DNA from: Paraprevotella sp.
Lineage (GTDB): Bacteria > Bacteroidota > Bacteroidia > Bacteroidales > Bacteroidaceae
Direction of reading: 5' to 3'
Assembly: GCA_045634965.1 (NCBI GenBank)
Contig: JAZRBH010000006.1
Location: 128,886 to 192,885 of the forward strand
DNA: 64,000 bases
Shown here piece after piece: positions 1 through 9,816 of the stretch. The notes beneath the pieces were generated by a model that worked only from the letters and a program-made list of their open reading frames with translations, was not told the origin of the DNA and made no database searches. Each line of letters starts with the position of its first letter. Within the stretch, counting starts at the first letter, position 1. The position numbers and the translations under genes are program-made.

Positions 1-2
1 TA

Positions 3-746
3 GAAATGTTTTGTCATGGAGCGCTTTGCATGGCAGTAAGTGGAAAGTGTTATTTGAGTTTGGATAACACCGGTCGTTCTGCTAATCGTGGTGCTTGTAT
101 GCAGATTTGTCGCAGAAGCTATGTCGTGACTGATAGGGAAACCGGCGCGGAATTGGCGATAGACAATAAATACATTATGAGTCCTAAGGATTTGAAAACC
201 ATCCGTTTTATCGATAAGATGATGAATGCCGGAGTCCGAGTCCTGAAGATAGAGGGAAGAGCTCGAGGCCCTGAGTATGTTCATACGGTGGTGGGTTGCT
301 ATCGTGAGGCGATACAGTCTGTCATCGACGGTACTTTTACTGAGGAGAAGAAAGACGAATGGGACGAAAGATTGTCACGTGTCTTCAATAGAGGTTTCTG
401 GGATGGATATTATCAAGGTCAATTTTTGGGAGAATGGACCCGTAATTATGGTTCCGCTGCCACAGAAAAGAAGGTGTATGTAGGCAAGGCTATCAAATAT
501 TTCTCCAATCTGGGTGTTGGGGAATTCCAGATAGAGGCTTCTGAAATGAGTGTTGGTGATAAACTGCTGATAATAGGTCCTACTACCGGTGCGCTTTTTA
601 TGGATTTAGAGGAAGTGCGTTATGATTTGAAGCCGGTAGAAAGTGTACAAAAAGGAATGAGAGTATCTTTTAAAGTTCCGGAAAAGATTCGTCCAAGTGA
701 CAAACTTTATAAAATGGTGAAGAATACGAAAGAGGGACAAATCTAA
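3..746 (+). CDS. U32 family peptidase (collagenase-like / tRNA hydroxylation protein), 5'-truncated by the window edge
   Basis: U32 Cys cluster EMFCHGALCMAVSGKCYLS..NRGACMQICRR, then SPKDL and LKIEGR motifs; the frame is open to the window start. Confidence 0.9.
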   Translation, partial: EMFCHGALCMAVSGKCYLSLDNTGRSANRGACMQICRRSYVVTDRETGAELAIDNKYIMSPKDLKTIRFIDKMMNAGVRVLKIEGRARGPEYVHTVVGCYREAIQSVIDGTFTEEKKDEWDERLSRVFNRGFWDGYYQGQFLGEWTRNYGSAATEKKVYVGKAIKYFSNLGVGEFQIEASEMSVGDKLLIIGPTTGALFMDLEEVRYDLKPVESVQKGMRVSFKVPEKIRPSDKLYKMVKNTKEGQI

Positions 747-775
747 ATAAAAGATTCTCTATCGTTGTCAAGAAC

Positions 776-819
776 AAACAAATCAGGCATTTTTCTTAAA
801 AAGAGTGCCTGATTTGTTT
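776..819 (+). terminator. Intrinsic terminator hairpin after the U32 gene
   Basis: aaacaaatcaggca...tgcctgatttgttt inverted repeat followed by T-rich sequence. Confidence 0.75.
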
Positions 820-828
820 ATCTTTTGT

Positions 829-836
829 TATCTTTG
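829..836 (+). promoter_or_regulatory. Bacteroidetes -7 promoter box for cysE
   Basis: TATCTTTG matches TAnnTTTG, 33 bp upstream of the ATG at 870. Confidence 0.65.
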
Positions 837-869
837 CAAGGTATAATATTTACATCTATAGGCGGTTGA

Positions 870-1763
870 ATGAGTCCTTTGAATTTTACTAATCATTTGA
901 CACAGATAGTGGCGGAATTATCTGATAGTTCGTCATTGAAAGGTCTGTTTCATGAACATAAAGATGGTGATCCATTACCATCGGGCATGGTGTTGCGTGA
1001 GATGATTGATTTGGGGCGTGCCATTCTATTCCCCGGTTATTATGGGAAATCTTCTGTCAATCAGCAAACCCTCCATTATCATATAGGCGTAGAGCTTGAA
1101 CGTATGTATCATCTTTTGGTTGAGCAGATTCAAGCAGGGTTGTGTCAAGTCAATAGTGGAGAAAGCGGTTCCGACGATTATTTGGCGCAAGCCTATCGTA
1201 TAGCTGACGACTTTGTTGGTCGATTGCCCTATTTGCGTAAAATATTGGCAACAGATGTGGAAGCGGCATATAATGGTGACCCTGCAGCAGAGTCTTATGG
1301 CGAGATTATCAGTTGCTATCCTATCATAAAAGCATTAACTTGTTATCGTATAGCTCACGAACTATTGGTGTTGGGAGTTCCTCTTATTCCTCGGGTTATT
1401 ACAGAAATGGCACATTCAGAAACAGGAATTGACATTCATCCCGGAGCACAGATTGGTCATCATTTCACGATAGACCATGGGACTGGTGTAGTGATTGGAG
1501 CGACATGTATCATTGGTAATCACGTCAAATTGTATCAAGGAGTAACGCTCGGAGCCAAAAGTTTTCCTCTTGATGAGGAAGGAAACCCTATAAAAGGGAT
1601 TCCACGTCATCCGATATTGGAAGATGATGTGACGGTTTATGCCAACGCTACGATTTTAGGAAGGGTGACAATAGGGAAAGGAGCCACCATCGGAGGTAAT
1701 ATCTGGATAACCGAGGATATACCGGCCGGAGCACGCGTATTACAGAAAAATATAAATAGATAA
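870..1763 (+). CDS. cysE: Serine O-acetyltransferase
   Basis: GIDIHPGAQIG, FTIDHGTGVVIG, VKLYQGVTLGA, RHPILEDDVTVYANATILG hexapeptide motifs. Confidence 0.92.
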   Translation: MSPLNFTNHLTQIVAELSDSSSLKGLFHEHKDGDPLPSGMVLREMIDLGRAILFPGYYGKSSVNQQTLHYHIGVELERMYHLLVEQIQAGLCQVNSGESGSDDYLAQAYRIADDFVGRLPYLRKILATDVEAAYNGDPAAESYGEIISCYPIIKALTCYRIAHELLVLGVPLIPRVITEMAHSETGIDIHPGAQIGHHFTIDHGTGVVIGATCIIGNHVKLYQGVTLGAKSFPLDEEGNPIKGIPRHPILEDDVTVYANATILGRVTIGKGATIGGNIWITEDIPAGARVLQKNINR

Positions 1764-1791
1764 AAAGTATCCATAGAACAAACTTACACAA

Positions 1792-3237
1792 ATGGGAACT
1801 GAATTTGAACTGATTGCCAAAACGTTTCAAGGTTTGGAACAAGTGTTGGCGGGTGAACTTACCGATTTAGGAGCGAATAATATTGAGATTGGACGCCGAA
1901 TGGTGTCTTTTACCGGTGATAAAGAGTTGATGTATCGTGCGAATTTCGCATTGAGGACAGCGATTCGAATATTGAAACCGATAAAACATTTCAAGGCAGA
2001 GAGTGCTGATGAGGTGTATGATGCAGTGAAATCAGTGGATTGGAGTCTGTATTTGAACAATGAAACAAGTTTTGCTGTTGATTCTGTTGTATTCTCAAAA
2101 GAATTTCGTCACAGTAAATTTGTTGCCTATAAAGTAAAAGATGCTATTGTTGACTATTTCCGTGAAAAGACCGGTACTCGACCTAATATCAGTATTACAA
2201 ATCCGGATTTGCGTCTGAATATTCATATCGCAGAATATGAATGTACACTTTCATTGGATAGTTCCGGCGAGTCTTTGCATCGTCGTGGTTATCGTCAGGA
2301 AGCGGTAGAAGCGCCGCTTAATGAGGTACTGGCTGCGGGAATGATATTGATGACCGGATGGAGAGGAGAGTGCGATTTGATAGATCCGATGTGCGGTTCT
2401 GGAACTATCGCTATTGAGGCAGCTCTCATCGCTCGTGGAATGGCGCCCGGTTTGTTCCGTAAAGAATATGCGTTTGAGAAGTGGCCTGATTTTGACAAGG
2501 ATTTATTTGATCATATCTATAACGATGAATCTAATGAAAAGGAATTTGCTCATAAGATTTATGGCTACGATATCAACCGTAATGCAGTGGATATTGCAAC
2601 ACGCAATGTAAAGGCTGCAGGACTGAGCAAGGACATAGAAATTATTCAACAGGATTTCCATCAGTTTACTCAACCCAAAGAAAAGAGTATCATTATTACC
2701 AATCCTCCATATGGTGAACGAATTTCAACCCCCGACCTTTTAGGGTTATATAAGATGATAGGGGAGCGCCTGAAACATCAATTCTTGGACAATGATGCAT
2801 GGATTTTGAGCTATCGTGAAGAGTGTTTTGATCAAATAGGATTGAAACCTTCATTGAAGACTCCTCTCTATAATGGTTCGTTAGAGTGTGAGTTCCGTAA
2901 ATACCAAATCTTCAGTGGGAAATACAAGGATTTACGTGCCGATGGAATGGATATCAAGACTACAGAAGAACGTCGGATGATGGCAGAAAAACGTCGTTTC
3001 AAAGCGCATCGTGAATTCAAAAAAGGCATTGATGAAGAGGATAATGGTTTTCAAATCAGAAAAAGAGGCGGATATGATGATGCCAAAGGTGGGCGAACAA
3101 AGGGACATGCAAGAGACGAAAGGGAGAATCGTAAGCCGTCATTTGACAAACGTCCGAGACGTGAAGGAAAATCATTTGATAGAGGGGGAAAAGGATTTAT
3201 GAAAAATCGTAAAAGAGATCGATATGAAGAAGATTAA
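1792..3237 (+). CDS. THUMP-domain class I SAM RNA methyltransferase (RlmL-like) with charged C-terminal tail
   Basis: SLHRRGYR, APLNEVLAAG, DPMCGSGTIAIEAA, TNPPYGER motifs. Confidence 0.9.
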   Translation: MGTEFELIAKTFQGLEQVLAGELTDLGANNIEIGRRMVSFTGDKELMYRANFALRTAIRILKPIKHFKAESADEVYDAVKSVDWSLYLNNETSFAVDSVVFSKEFRHSKFVAYKVKDAIVDYFREKTGTRPNISITNPDLRLNIHIAEYECTLSLDSSGESLHRRGYRQEAVEAPLNEVLAAGMILMTGWRGECDLIDPMCGSGTIAIEAALIARGMAPGLFRKEYAFEKWPDFDKDLFDHIYNDESNEKEFAHKIYGYDINRNAVDIATRNVKAAGLSKDIEIIQQDFHQFTQPKEKSIIITNPPYGERISTPDLLGLYKMIGERLKHQFLDNDAWILSYREECFDQIGLKPSLKTPLYNGSLECEFRKYQIFSGKYKDLRADGMDIKTTEERRMMAEKRRFKAHREFKKGIDEEDNGFQIRKRGGYDDAKGGRTKGHARDERENRKPSFDKRPRREGKSFDRGGKGFMKNRKRDRYEED

Positions 3238-5458
3238 TTTTTGTATCATATTATCTTTCTTATCAGTAATGGCCATGGCACAGGCAAAGAAAAATTTCAC
3301 CTTGGATGATTTGTTGCCGGGTGGAAGGACTTATTCGCAATTGACACCACAGAATATGTACACTGCATGGTGGGGTGATCGTTGTGTGGAAACATCTATT
3401 GATAAGTGTGAATGGATAGATACGAAGAATGGAACGAAAAAGACGCTATTTACCATTGAGGAACTGAATCAATGGTTGGGGGGAGATGAGGATAACAAAC
3501 CGGTAAGGAGTTGTTATAATTTGCAGTTCCCTCACCCAACGAATACTTGGGTAGCGGTAAAATTGACGAATGACAAGGCGGAAACAAACAGAAAACATAA
3601 ATATGTTGTTTTGGATTTTACTTCCGGGAAGATGATATGGCAACAGGAATATCCGGCTGAGGCTTCTCTCTTGGATCGTTCGGAGGTGTCCAAAAATGTC
3701 GCATATATTTATCAACAAAACCTATATGTAACGGATGCCAACAATAAAATGATGGCTGTATCAACGGATGGAAGCAACGATTTGGTCTACGGACAAACCG
3801 TCCACCGCGATGAGTTTGGTATTCACAAGGGCACATACTGGAGTCCTGACGGAAAGTTGTTGGCATATTACCGTATGGATCAAAGTATGGTGTCGGATTA
3901 TCCGCAAGTGGATATCCGTACAAGAATAGCTTCTACTTACTCATGTAAATACCCGATGGCAGGCGAGGTTTCGCATCAAGTGACGGTAGGTGTTTTCAAT
4001 CCGGCAACCGAAACAACAACGTGGTTGCAGGCAGGAGACCCTACTGATCGGTATTTTACAAATATATCATGGAGTCCCGACTGCAAGAAACTATTCATGA
4101 TAGAGTTAAATCGCGATCAGAATCATGCGGTATTGGTGCAGTACAATGCTTTGACTGGTGAGAAAGAAGGTGTTCTTTACGAAGAGAAACATCCTAAATA
4201 TGTAGAACCGATGCATGGCTTGTTATTCTTGCCATGGGATGATACGAAATTCATCTATCAGACGCAACGTGACGGGTACAATCAACTTTATCTTTTTGAT
4301 TTAAGTGTTCGTCAAAATGGAGAAGAAGTGCCAACCCAGACGGGAGGTACAAAGAAGGAGTATGTGAAAGTAACGCCACTTACAAGCGGGGCATGGGTGG
4401 TAAAAGATGTGTTGGGATTCAATCAAAAAGAAAAAAGCATATTGATTTGTACCAATGAAATTCACCCCCTTCAGTCCAATATCTTCAAAGTGAGAATCAA
4501 GGATGGTAAACGGACTTTGTTGGATAATGGTGAAGGGGTACATTATGGACGTCTGAGCCAGAGCGGTGCCTACTTGGTTGATTTATATTCTTCGCCAACA
4601 GTTACGAAAAATATAGATTTGACGAATGTTAAAACTTGTAAGAGTTGTCGTCTGTTGACAGCAGAAGATCCGTGGAAGGAATATAATGTACCGGAAATCA
4701 CGAGCGGTTCTATCAAGGCTGCGGATGGCCAGACAGATTTGTATTATCGTATGGTCAAGCCCGTAGATTTCGATCCGAACAAGAAATATCCTACCGTTGT
4801 TTATGTGTACGGAGGACCTCATGCCCATAATGTGGAGGCGAGTCGTAACTACTTGGCTCGTGGATGGGAAATCTATATGGCTCAGAAAGGCTATCTCTTG
4901 TTTATTCTGGACAATAGAGGTTCACAACATAGGGGAATCGAATTTGAGAATGTGACTTTCCGTCAATTGGGAGTAGAGGAAATGAAGGATCAGATGGAAG
5001 GAGTGAAGTATTTAAAGTCTCTTCCTTATGTTGATGCTGATAGATTAGGAGTTCATGGGTGGTCTTATGGTGGTTTCATGACAACCAATCTGATGCTGAC
5101 ATATCCGGATGTGTTTAAGGTAGGAGTTGCCGGTGGTCCTGTTATTGACTGGCAGTATTACGAAGTGATGTATGGTGAACGATACATGGATTCGCCCCAG
5201 AACAATCCGGAAGGGTATAAAGGAAGTAATCTAAGATTGAAAGCCGGAAATCTGAAAGGGAAATTGCAGGTAATCATCGGTTATAACGACCCTGTTTGTG
5301 TACCGCAACATGCACTCTCGTTCTTACGTGCTTGTATAGATGCCGGAACGCAGCCCGATTTTTTCATGTATCCGAATCAAGAACATAATATGTTAGGAAC
5401 AGATCGTGTGCATCTGCATGAGAGAATCACCCAATATTTTGAAGATTATTTAAAATAA
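3224..5458 (+). CDS. Dipeptidyl-peptidase IV (S9B)
   Basis: Signal peptide, DPPIV-N propeller, GWSYGG nucleophile motif, [11 protein letters not shown]; start overlaps the upstream stop by 14 bp. Confidence 0.92.
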   Translation: MKKINFCIILSFLSVMAMAQAKKNFTLDDLLPGGRTYSQLTPQNMYTAWWGDRCVETSIDKCEWIDTKNGTKKTLFTIEELNQWLGGDEDNKPVRSCYNLQFPHPTNTWVAVKLTNDKAETNRKHKYVVLDFTSGKMIWQQEYPAEASLLDRSEVSKNVAYIYQQNLYVTDANNKMMAVSTDGSNDLVYGQTVHRDEFGIHKGTYWSPDGKLLAYYRMDQSMVSDYPQVDIRTRIASTYSCKYPMAGEVSHQVTVGVFNPATETTTWLQAGDPTDRYFTNISWSPDCKKLFMIELNRDQNHAVLVQYNALTGEKEGVLYEEKHPKYVEPMHGLLFLPWDDTKFIYQTQRDGYNQLYLFDLSVRQNGEEVPTQTGGTKKEYVKVTPLTSGAWVVKDVLGFNQKEKSILICTNEIHPLQSNIFKVRIKDGKRTLLDNGEGVHYGRLSQSGAYLVDLYSSPTVTKNIDLTNVKTCKSCRLLTAEDPWKEYNVPEITSGSIKAADGQTDLYYRMVKPVDFDPNKKYPTVVYVYGGPHAHNVEASRNYLARGWEIYMAQKGYLLFILDNRGSQHRGIEFENVTFRQLGVEEMKDQMEGVKYLKSLPYVDADRLGVHGWSYGGFMTTNLMLTYPDVFKVGVAGGPVIDWQYYEVMYGERYMDSPQNNPEGYKGSNLRLKAGNLKGKLQVIIGYNDPVCVPQHALSFLRACIDAGTQPDFFMYPNQEHNMLGTDRVHLHERITQYFEDYLK

Positions 5459-5466
5459 ATACAGCT

Positions 5467-6735
5467 ATGAAGATATTACTTTTAGGAAGTGGCGGTCGCG
5501 AGCATGCGTTGGCTTGGAAGATAGCCCAAAGCGAAAAGGTGGAGAAATTATACATCGCTCCGGGAAATGCAGGAACAGGAAATGTAGGAGAGAATGTTGC
5601 CATTAAAGCAGATGATTTTGAAGCCATTAAATCATTTGTTTTAAATCAGGGAGTTGACATGGTGGTGGTAGGACCTGAGGATCCTTTGGTAAAAGGTGTA
5701 TATGACTTCTTCAAGAATGATAACGAATTGTCATGCGTTCCAGTTATTGGACCATCCAAACAAGGTGCAGTACTTGAAGGAAGTAAGGATTTTGCCAAAG
5801 CATTCATGCAACGCCATCATATACCGACGGCTGCATATCAGACTTTTACTGCGGAGACATTGGAGAATGGTTTGAAATTCTTGGAAACATTGAACGCTCC
5901 TTACGTGTTGAAAGCAGATGGATTATGTGCAGGTAAGGGCGTTTTGATTCTCCCGACATTAGAAGAGGCGAAAGCTGAATTAAAAGAGATGTTAGGTGGA
6001 ATGTTTGGTTCTGCATCATCATCAGTGGTCATTGAGGAATTTTTGAGTGGAATTGAGTGTTCAGTTTTTGTTCTGACAGATGGTAAGAACTATAAAATTC
6101 TGCCCGAGGCAAAAGATTATAAGCGTATTGGCGAACATGATACCGGTTTGAACACAGGAGGTATGGGTAGTGTTTCACCGGTGCCTTTTGCAACAAAAGA
6201 GTGGATGCAAAAGGTGGAGGATCGTATCATCCGTCCGACAGTAGAAGGTTTGGCAAGCGAAGGTATAGAGTATAAAGGCTTTATTTTCTTTGGATTGATC
6301 AATGTCAACGGAGAACCTATGGTGATAGAGTACAATGTGCGTATGGGCGACCCGGAAACAGAAAGTGTAATGTTGCGTATCAAGAGTGATTTGGTGGATC
6401 TGTTGGAAGGAGTGGCACAAGGCGATTTGGATCAACGTAAATTGGAATTTGATGAACGGAGCGCTGTTTGTGTGATGCTCGTTTCCGGGGGCTATCCTGA
6501 AGCATATGAAAAAGGATTCCCGATTTCAGGCATTGAGGAAGTGAAGGAAAGTATTGTTTTCCATGCCGGAACAGCCATGAAAAACAACGAGGTGGTGACA
6601 GCCGGTGGGCGTGTCATTGCGGTCAGCTCATATGGTATAGACAAAGAGGATGCATTGAAAAAATCTTTTGAGTCAGCGCAAAAGATTCAATTTGAAAAGA
6701 AATATTTCCGTTCTGATATAGGACAGGATTTATAA
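5467..6735 (+). CDS. purD: Phosphoribosylamine-glycine ligase
   Basis: [46 protein letters not shown]. Confidence 0.97.
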   Translation: MKILLLGSGGREHALAWKIAQSEKVEKLYIAPGNAGTGNVGENVAIKADDFEAIKSFVLNQGVDMVVVGPEDPLVKGVYDFFKNDNELSCVPVIGPSKQGAVLEGSKDFAKAFMQRHHIPTAAYQTFTAETLENGLKFLETLNAPYVLKADGLCAGKGVLILPTLEEAKAELKEMLGGMFGSASSSVVIEEFLSGIECSVFVLTDGKNYKILPEAKDYKRIGEHDTGLNTGGMGSVSPVPFATKEWMQKVEDRIIRPTVEGLASEGIEYKGFIFFGLINVNGEPMVIEYNVRMGDPETESVMLRIKSDLVDLLEGVAQGDLDQRKLEFDERSAVCVMLVSGGYPEAYEKGFPISGIEEVKESIVFHAGTAMKNNEVVTAGGRVIAVSSYGIDKEDALKKSFESAQKIQFEKKYFRSDIGQDL

Positions 6736-6740
6736 TATTC

Positions 6741-7688
6741 ATGAGAAATAGAAGATTCCAGCATGCGGTGGCGATGAGTAGCGTAACGCTGCCCGTCGCT
6801 GCTGTTTTAAGCACATTATTGTGGTGTGCTGAAGGGGTCTTCACGCTTTCTCATATTGCCGGATGGTTGATGACGGCTTTGGTCGCATATTTGTGGATTG
6901 AAACCAATCATTCCAATTCGTTGATACGTGTGCGAACATTATCAGTGGCTTCTGTTTATGTTCTTCTTTTAGGCTCTATCTTTTGTTTGCACAGTATTCA
7001 ATCCGGTGGATTCATAGCATGTTTAATGCTCCTGTCATATGGGTTGCTGTTTAATTCTTATGGAAAAACAGATGCCGTATTTGAATTGTTCCATGCGTTT
7101 TTATGCATAGGAGTGGCGAGCTTGTTTCATGTACAAATGATTCTATTTGTTCCGTTATATTTCTGCTATTCATCGTTTTTTTTCCGTTCGCTGAACTGGA
7201 GAACTTTCTGGGCGGCGATGATAGGCGTAGTTTTACCATATTGGTTCTTGTGGGGATATCGTTTTTTGCATGGCGAACTCGACTTGTTCGTTGACCATTT
7301 TATGGAGTTAACCAATGTATTGTTAGTGACTTCGAATGTTAATGACCTTGATAATGTTTTATACATTACAGCTCTATGTTTTGTTTGTTTCTTCACATTC
7401 GTTGCGATGATTCATTGTGTAAGAACAGGGTTTAATGACAAGGTTAGGACAAGAATGTTGTTGTATTTTATAGTGGCACAGGAAGTTGTAATAATGCTGA
7501 TGTTGTTGATCATGCCTTTATATAAGGATATGTGGCTACATCTTTTGGTGATGAATTCGGCACCTTTATTAGCCCATTACTTTACGTTGACCAATAGTCG
7601 ATTTTCAAACTTCTTGTTTATAGCGTTTCTCCTTTTATTATTCACTTTGATGATGTTGAATGTATGGATGCTTTCAGCGATATTTTGA
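6741..7688 (+). CDS. Polytopic membrane protein, DUF6427-like
   Basis: About 9 hydrophobic segments; recognised as the membrane protein that follows purD in Bacteroidales. Confidence 0.65.
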   Translation: MRNRRFQHAVAMSSVTLPVAAVLSTLLWCAEGVFTLSHIAGWLMTALVAYLWIETNHSNSLIRVRTLSVASVYVLLLGSIFCLHSIQSGGFIACLMLLSYGLLFNSYGKTDAVFELFHAFLCIGVASLFHVQMILFVPLYFCYSSFFFRSLNWRTFWAAMIGVVLPYWFLWGYRFLHGELDLFVDHFMELTNVLLVTSNVNDLDNVLYITALCFVCFFTFVAMIHCVRTGFNDKVRTRMLLYFIVAQEVVIMLMLLIMPLYKDMWLHLLVMNSAPLLAHYFTLTNSRFSNFLFIAFLLLLFTLMMLNVWMLSAIF

Positions 7689-8113
7689 TACAATACGGCT
7701 ACACCGGTATGTTTGTAGCAGCTTTTATTGCCGGTAGTGTATTCCCCTTCAGCTCGGAGGCAGTGATGGCCGGATTGCAATTAGCGGGGTTGGAGCCGAT
7801 ATCTTTGTTGATATGGGGTACAGCAGGAAATGTGGCGGGTAGTATGTTTAACTATTGGGTCGGTACATTTGGACGTATGGAGTGGATTGAAAAATATTTG
7901 CATGTCAAAAAAGAGAAAGTAGAAAAGACACAACGTTGGATGGAAGAAAAAGGGGCATGGATGGGTGTCCTTTGTTTTTTGCCCATATTGGGCAGTGTGA
8001 TAGCGGTGACATTGGGTTTTATGCGAGCCAATCCTTTGGTGAGTTTTATCGCTATCTTTGTAGGTAAACTGATTAGATATGCAGTGTTGATTTATACGAT
8101 AACATTGATATAG
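7664..8113 (+). CDS. YqaA/DedA (VTT) family membrane protein
   Basis: AFIAGSVFPFSSE, GNVAGSMFNYWVG, GKLIRY motifs. Confidence 0.85.
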   Translation: MDAFSDILIQYGYTGMFVAAFIAGSVFPFSSEAVMAGLQLAGLEPISLLIWGTAGNVAGSMFNYWVGTFGRMEWIEKYLHVKKEKVEKTQRWMEEKGAWMGVLCFLPILGSVIAVTLGFMRANPLVSFIAIFVGKLIRYAVLIYTITLI

Positions 8114-8116
8114 GAA

Positions 8117-8950
8117 ATGAAGAAACATGTGTACATATTGTTAATGGCGTATACCTTATTAATAATAGGGTGTGGTACGGATGCAAAAACGAATACAAAA
8201 CAAGAGTCTCAGCCGATAATTACGGTTTCCATTGAACCTTTACGGTATATGACCGAGCAGATTGTCGGAGATAAGTTTCAAGTAGTGACATTTGTGCCCG
8301 AAGGGAAGAATCCGGAAAGTTATGACCCTTCTCCGAAGCAAATGATGAAACTGAGTCAGTCACCATTGTTTTTGATGATAGGAGAATTGGGGTTTGAGCG
8401 TATGTGGTCTCATAAGATAAGTGAAATGTTGCCCGATATCAAGATTGCCAACATATCTCCAGTAAAGGGGAATGCAGATCCTCATGTATGGACTTCGCCC
8501 AAGAACATGAGACAGATAGCTCAAAACATTTTTCAAGTGGTTTGTACTTTAGATTCCACAAATATTGCTTTGTATAGTGAAAATCTTGGAAAGATCAATG
8601 AAGATATGGATCAATTGGATGAAGAAATACGCCATTTCACCGATTCTATCCGTCAGCGTACGTTTCTTATATATCATCCCTCGCTGACCTATTTTGCCCA
8701 CGAATACGGCTTAACGCAATTAAATATTGAGAATGAAGGGAAAGAGCCTTCGGTCAAGCAATTGGCTGCTTTGATTGAAAAATGCAAGGAACATCAAGTG
8801 GCTACGGTATTCGTGCAAAAAGAATTTGATGTACAGCGCAGTCAATTGATTGCCAATGAGATTAATGCCAAAGTGGTTGTGATTGATCCGTTGAGTTATG
8901 ACTGGAGAGGTGAAATGTTGAAAATCGCTAAAACATTGTGTGCACAATGA
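8117..8950 (+). CDS. Zn/Mn ABC transporter solute-binding lipoprotein (ZnuA-like)
   Basis: Lipobox LIIGC, DPHVWTSP, HPSLTYFA; the first metal ligand position reads PESYDP rather than PHxYEP. Confidence 0.88.
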   Translation: MKKHVYILLMAYTLLIIGCGTDAKTNTKQESQPIITVSIEPLRYMTEQIVGDKFQVVTFVPEGKNPESYDPSPKQMMKLSQSPLFLMIGELGFERMWSHKISEMLPDIKIANISPVKGNADPHVWTSPKNMRQIAQNIFQVVCTLDSTNIALYSENLGKINEDMDQLDEEIRHFTDSIRQRTFLIYHPSLTYFAHEYGLTQLNIENEGKEPSVKQLAALIEKCKEHQVATVFVQKEFDVQRSQLIANEINAKVVVIDPLSYDWRGEMLKIAKTLCAQ

Positions 8951-9711
8951 ATAAAAGACCGGTCATACAACTCTTAAAGGTCCATGCAGGATATGATGGA
9001 AAGACCGTCTTGCGGGATGTCCATCTTACAATATATGAGAATGATTTCTTGGGGGTAATCGGACCTAACGGAGGAGGTAAAACGACATTGGTTCGTGTCA
9101 TTTTAGGCTTGGAAAAGCCAACACAAGGTGAGTTGTTTTTCTATCGTGATGGTAAACCGGTAAAGAATCTACGTATCGGTTATCTCCCTCAATCCGGTAA
9201 GATAGATAGGAACTTTCCGATCTCTGTATATGATACAGTTTTGTCGGGATATAAGAAAGAATCACTGTTCAGTAATCAAAAAGCATCACATTCTGCCGTT
9301 CAACGTATTTTGGAAAGAATGGAACTTTCAGATTTGTCATCCCGACCGATAGGAGCATTGAGTGGAGGACAGTTGCAAAGGGTTCTTCTGAGTCGTGCGT
9401 TGGTCTCATCTCCTGAAGTGTTGATTCTTGACGAACCGGATACTTATATCGACCGAAAGACAAAGACGGGATTGTATCAATTGCTGGAAGAAGTGAATAA
9501 AGAAACTGCAATCGTTTTAGTCAGTCACGATTTGGGAGCCATTCTGCAGAATGTACGGAGTATAGCATGTGTGGATGAAACGCTCCATTACCATCCGCAG
9601 GCAGAGATTCCGGAAGAATGGCTTGATGAGGAAACAGGGTGTCCGATAGACTTAATCGGACATGGTCATCATCCGCATCGTATATTGAAACATCATGCAA
9701 CGGACGAATAA
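8947..9711 (+). CDS. Metal ABC transporter ATP-binding protein (ZnuC-like)
   Basis: Walker A GPNGGGKT, LSGGQLQR, ILDEP, His-rich C-terminus; ATG at 8947 gives an ATGA overlap with the SBP stop. Confidence 0.9.
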   Translation: MNKRPVIQLLKVHAGYDGKTVLRDVHLTIYENDFLGVIGPNGGGKTTLVRVILGLEKPTQGELFFYRDGKPVKNLRIGYLPQSGKIDRNFPISVYDTVLSGYKKESLFSNQKASHSAVQRILERMELSDLSSRPIGALSGGQLQRVLLSRALVSSPEVLILDEPDTYIDRKTKTGLYQLLEEVNKETAIVLVSHDLGAILQNVRSIACVDETLHYHPQAEIPEEWLDEETGCPIDLIGHGHHPHRILKHHATDE

Positions 9712-9766
9712 AGTTGCTTGTCGTATCAAATCTTGTTAAAAACAATATATATAAAGGAAAAAACCG

Positions 9767-9774
9767 TATTTTTG
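9767..9774 (+). promoter_or_regulatory. -7 promoter box for the DUF2723 operon
   Basis: TATTTTTG, 42 bp upstream of the ATG at 9817. Confidence 0.6.
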
Positions 9775-9816
9775 CAAATTAGTGTCAGAATAATCAGAAA
9801 ATATAAGTTTAATAAG

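Noticed and set aside
2940-3237. Charged low-complexity C-terminal tails of the THUMP methylase and the DEAD helicase (34200-34498)
   Set aside because: K/R/D/E-rich RNA-binding tails are routine in these Bacteroidales families.
9718-9816. Longer ORF-track starts (9718, 8938, 20629, 26351, 32400, 47675)
   Set aside because: They overlap -7 promoter boxes or upstream genes; downstream ATGs match the family N-termini.
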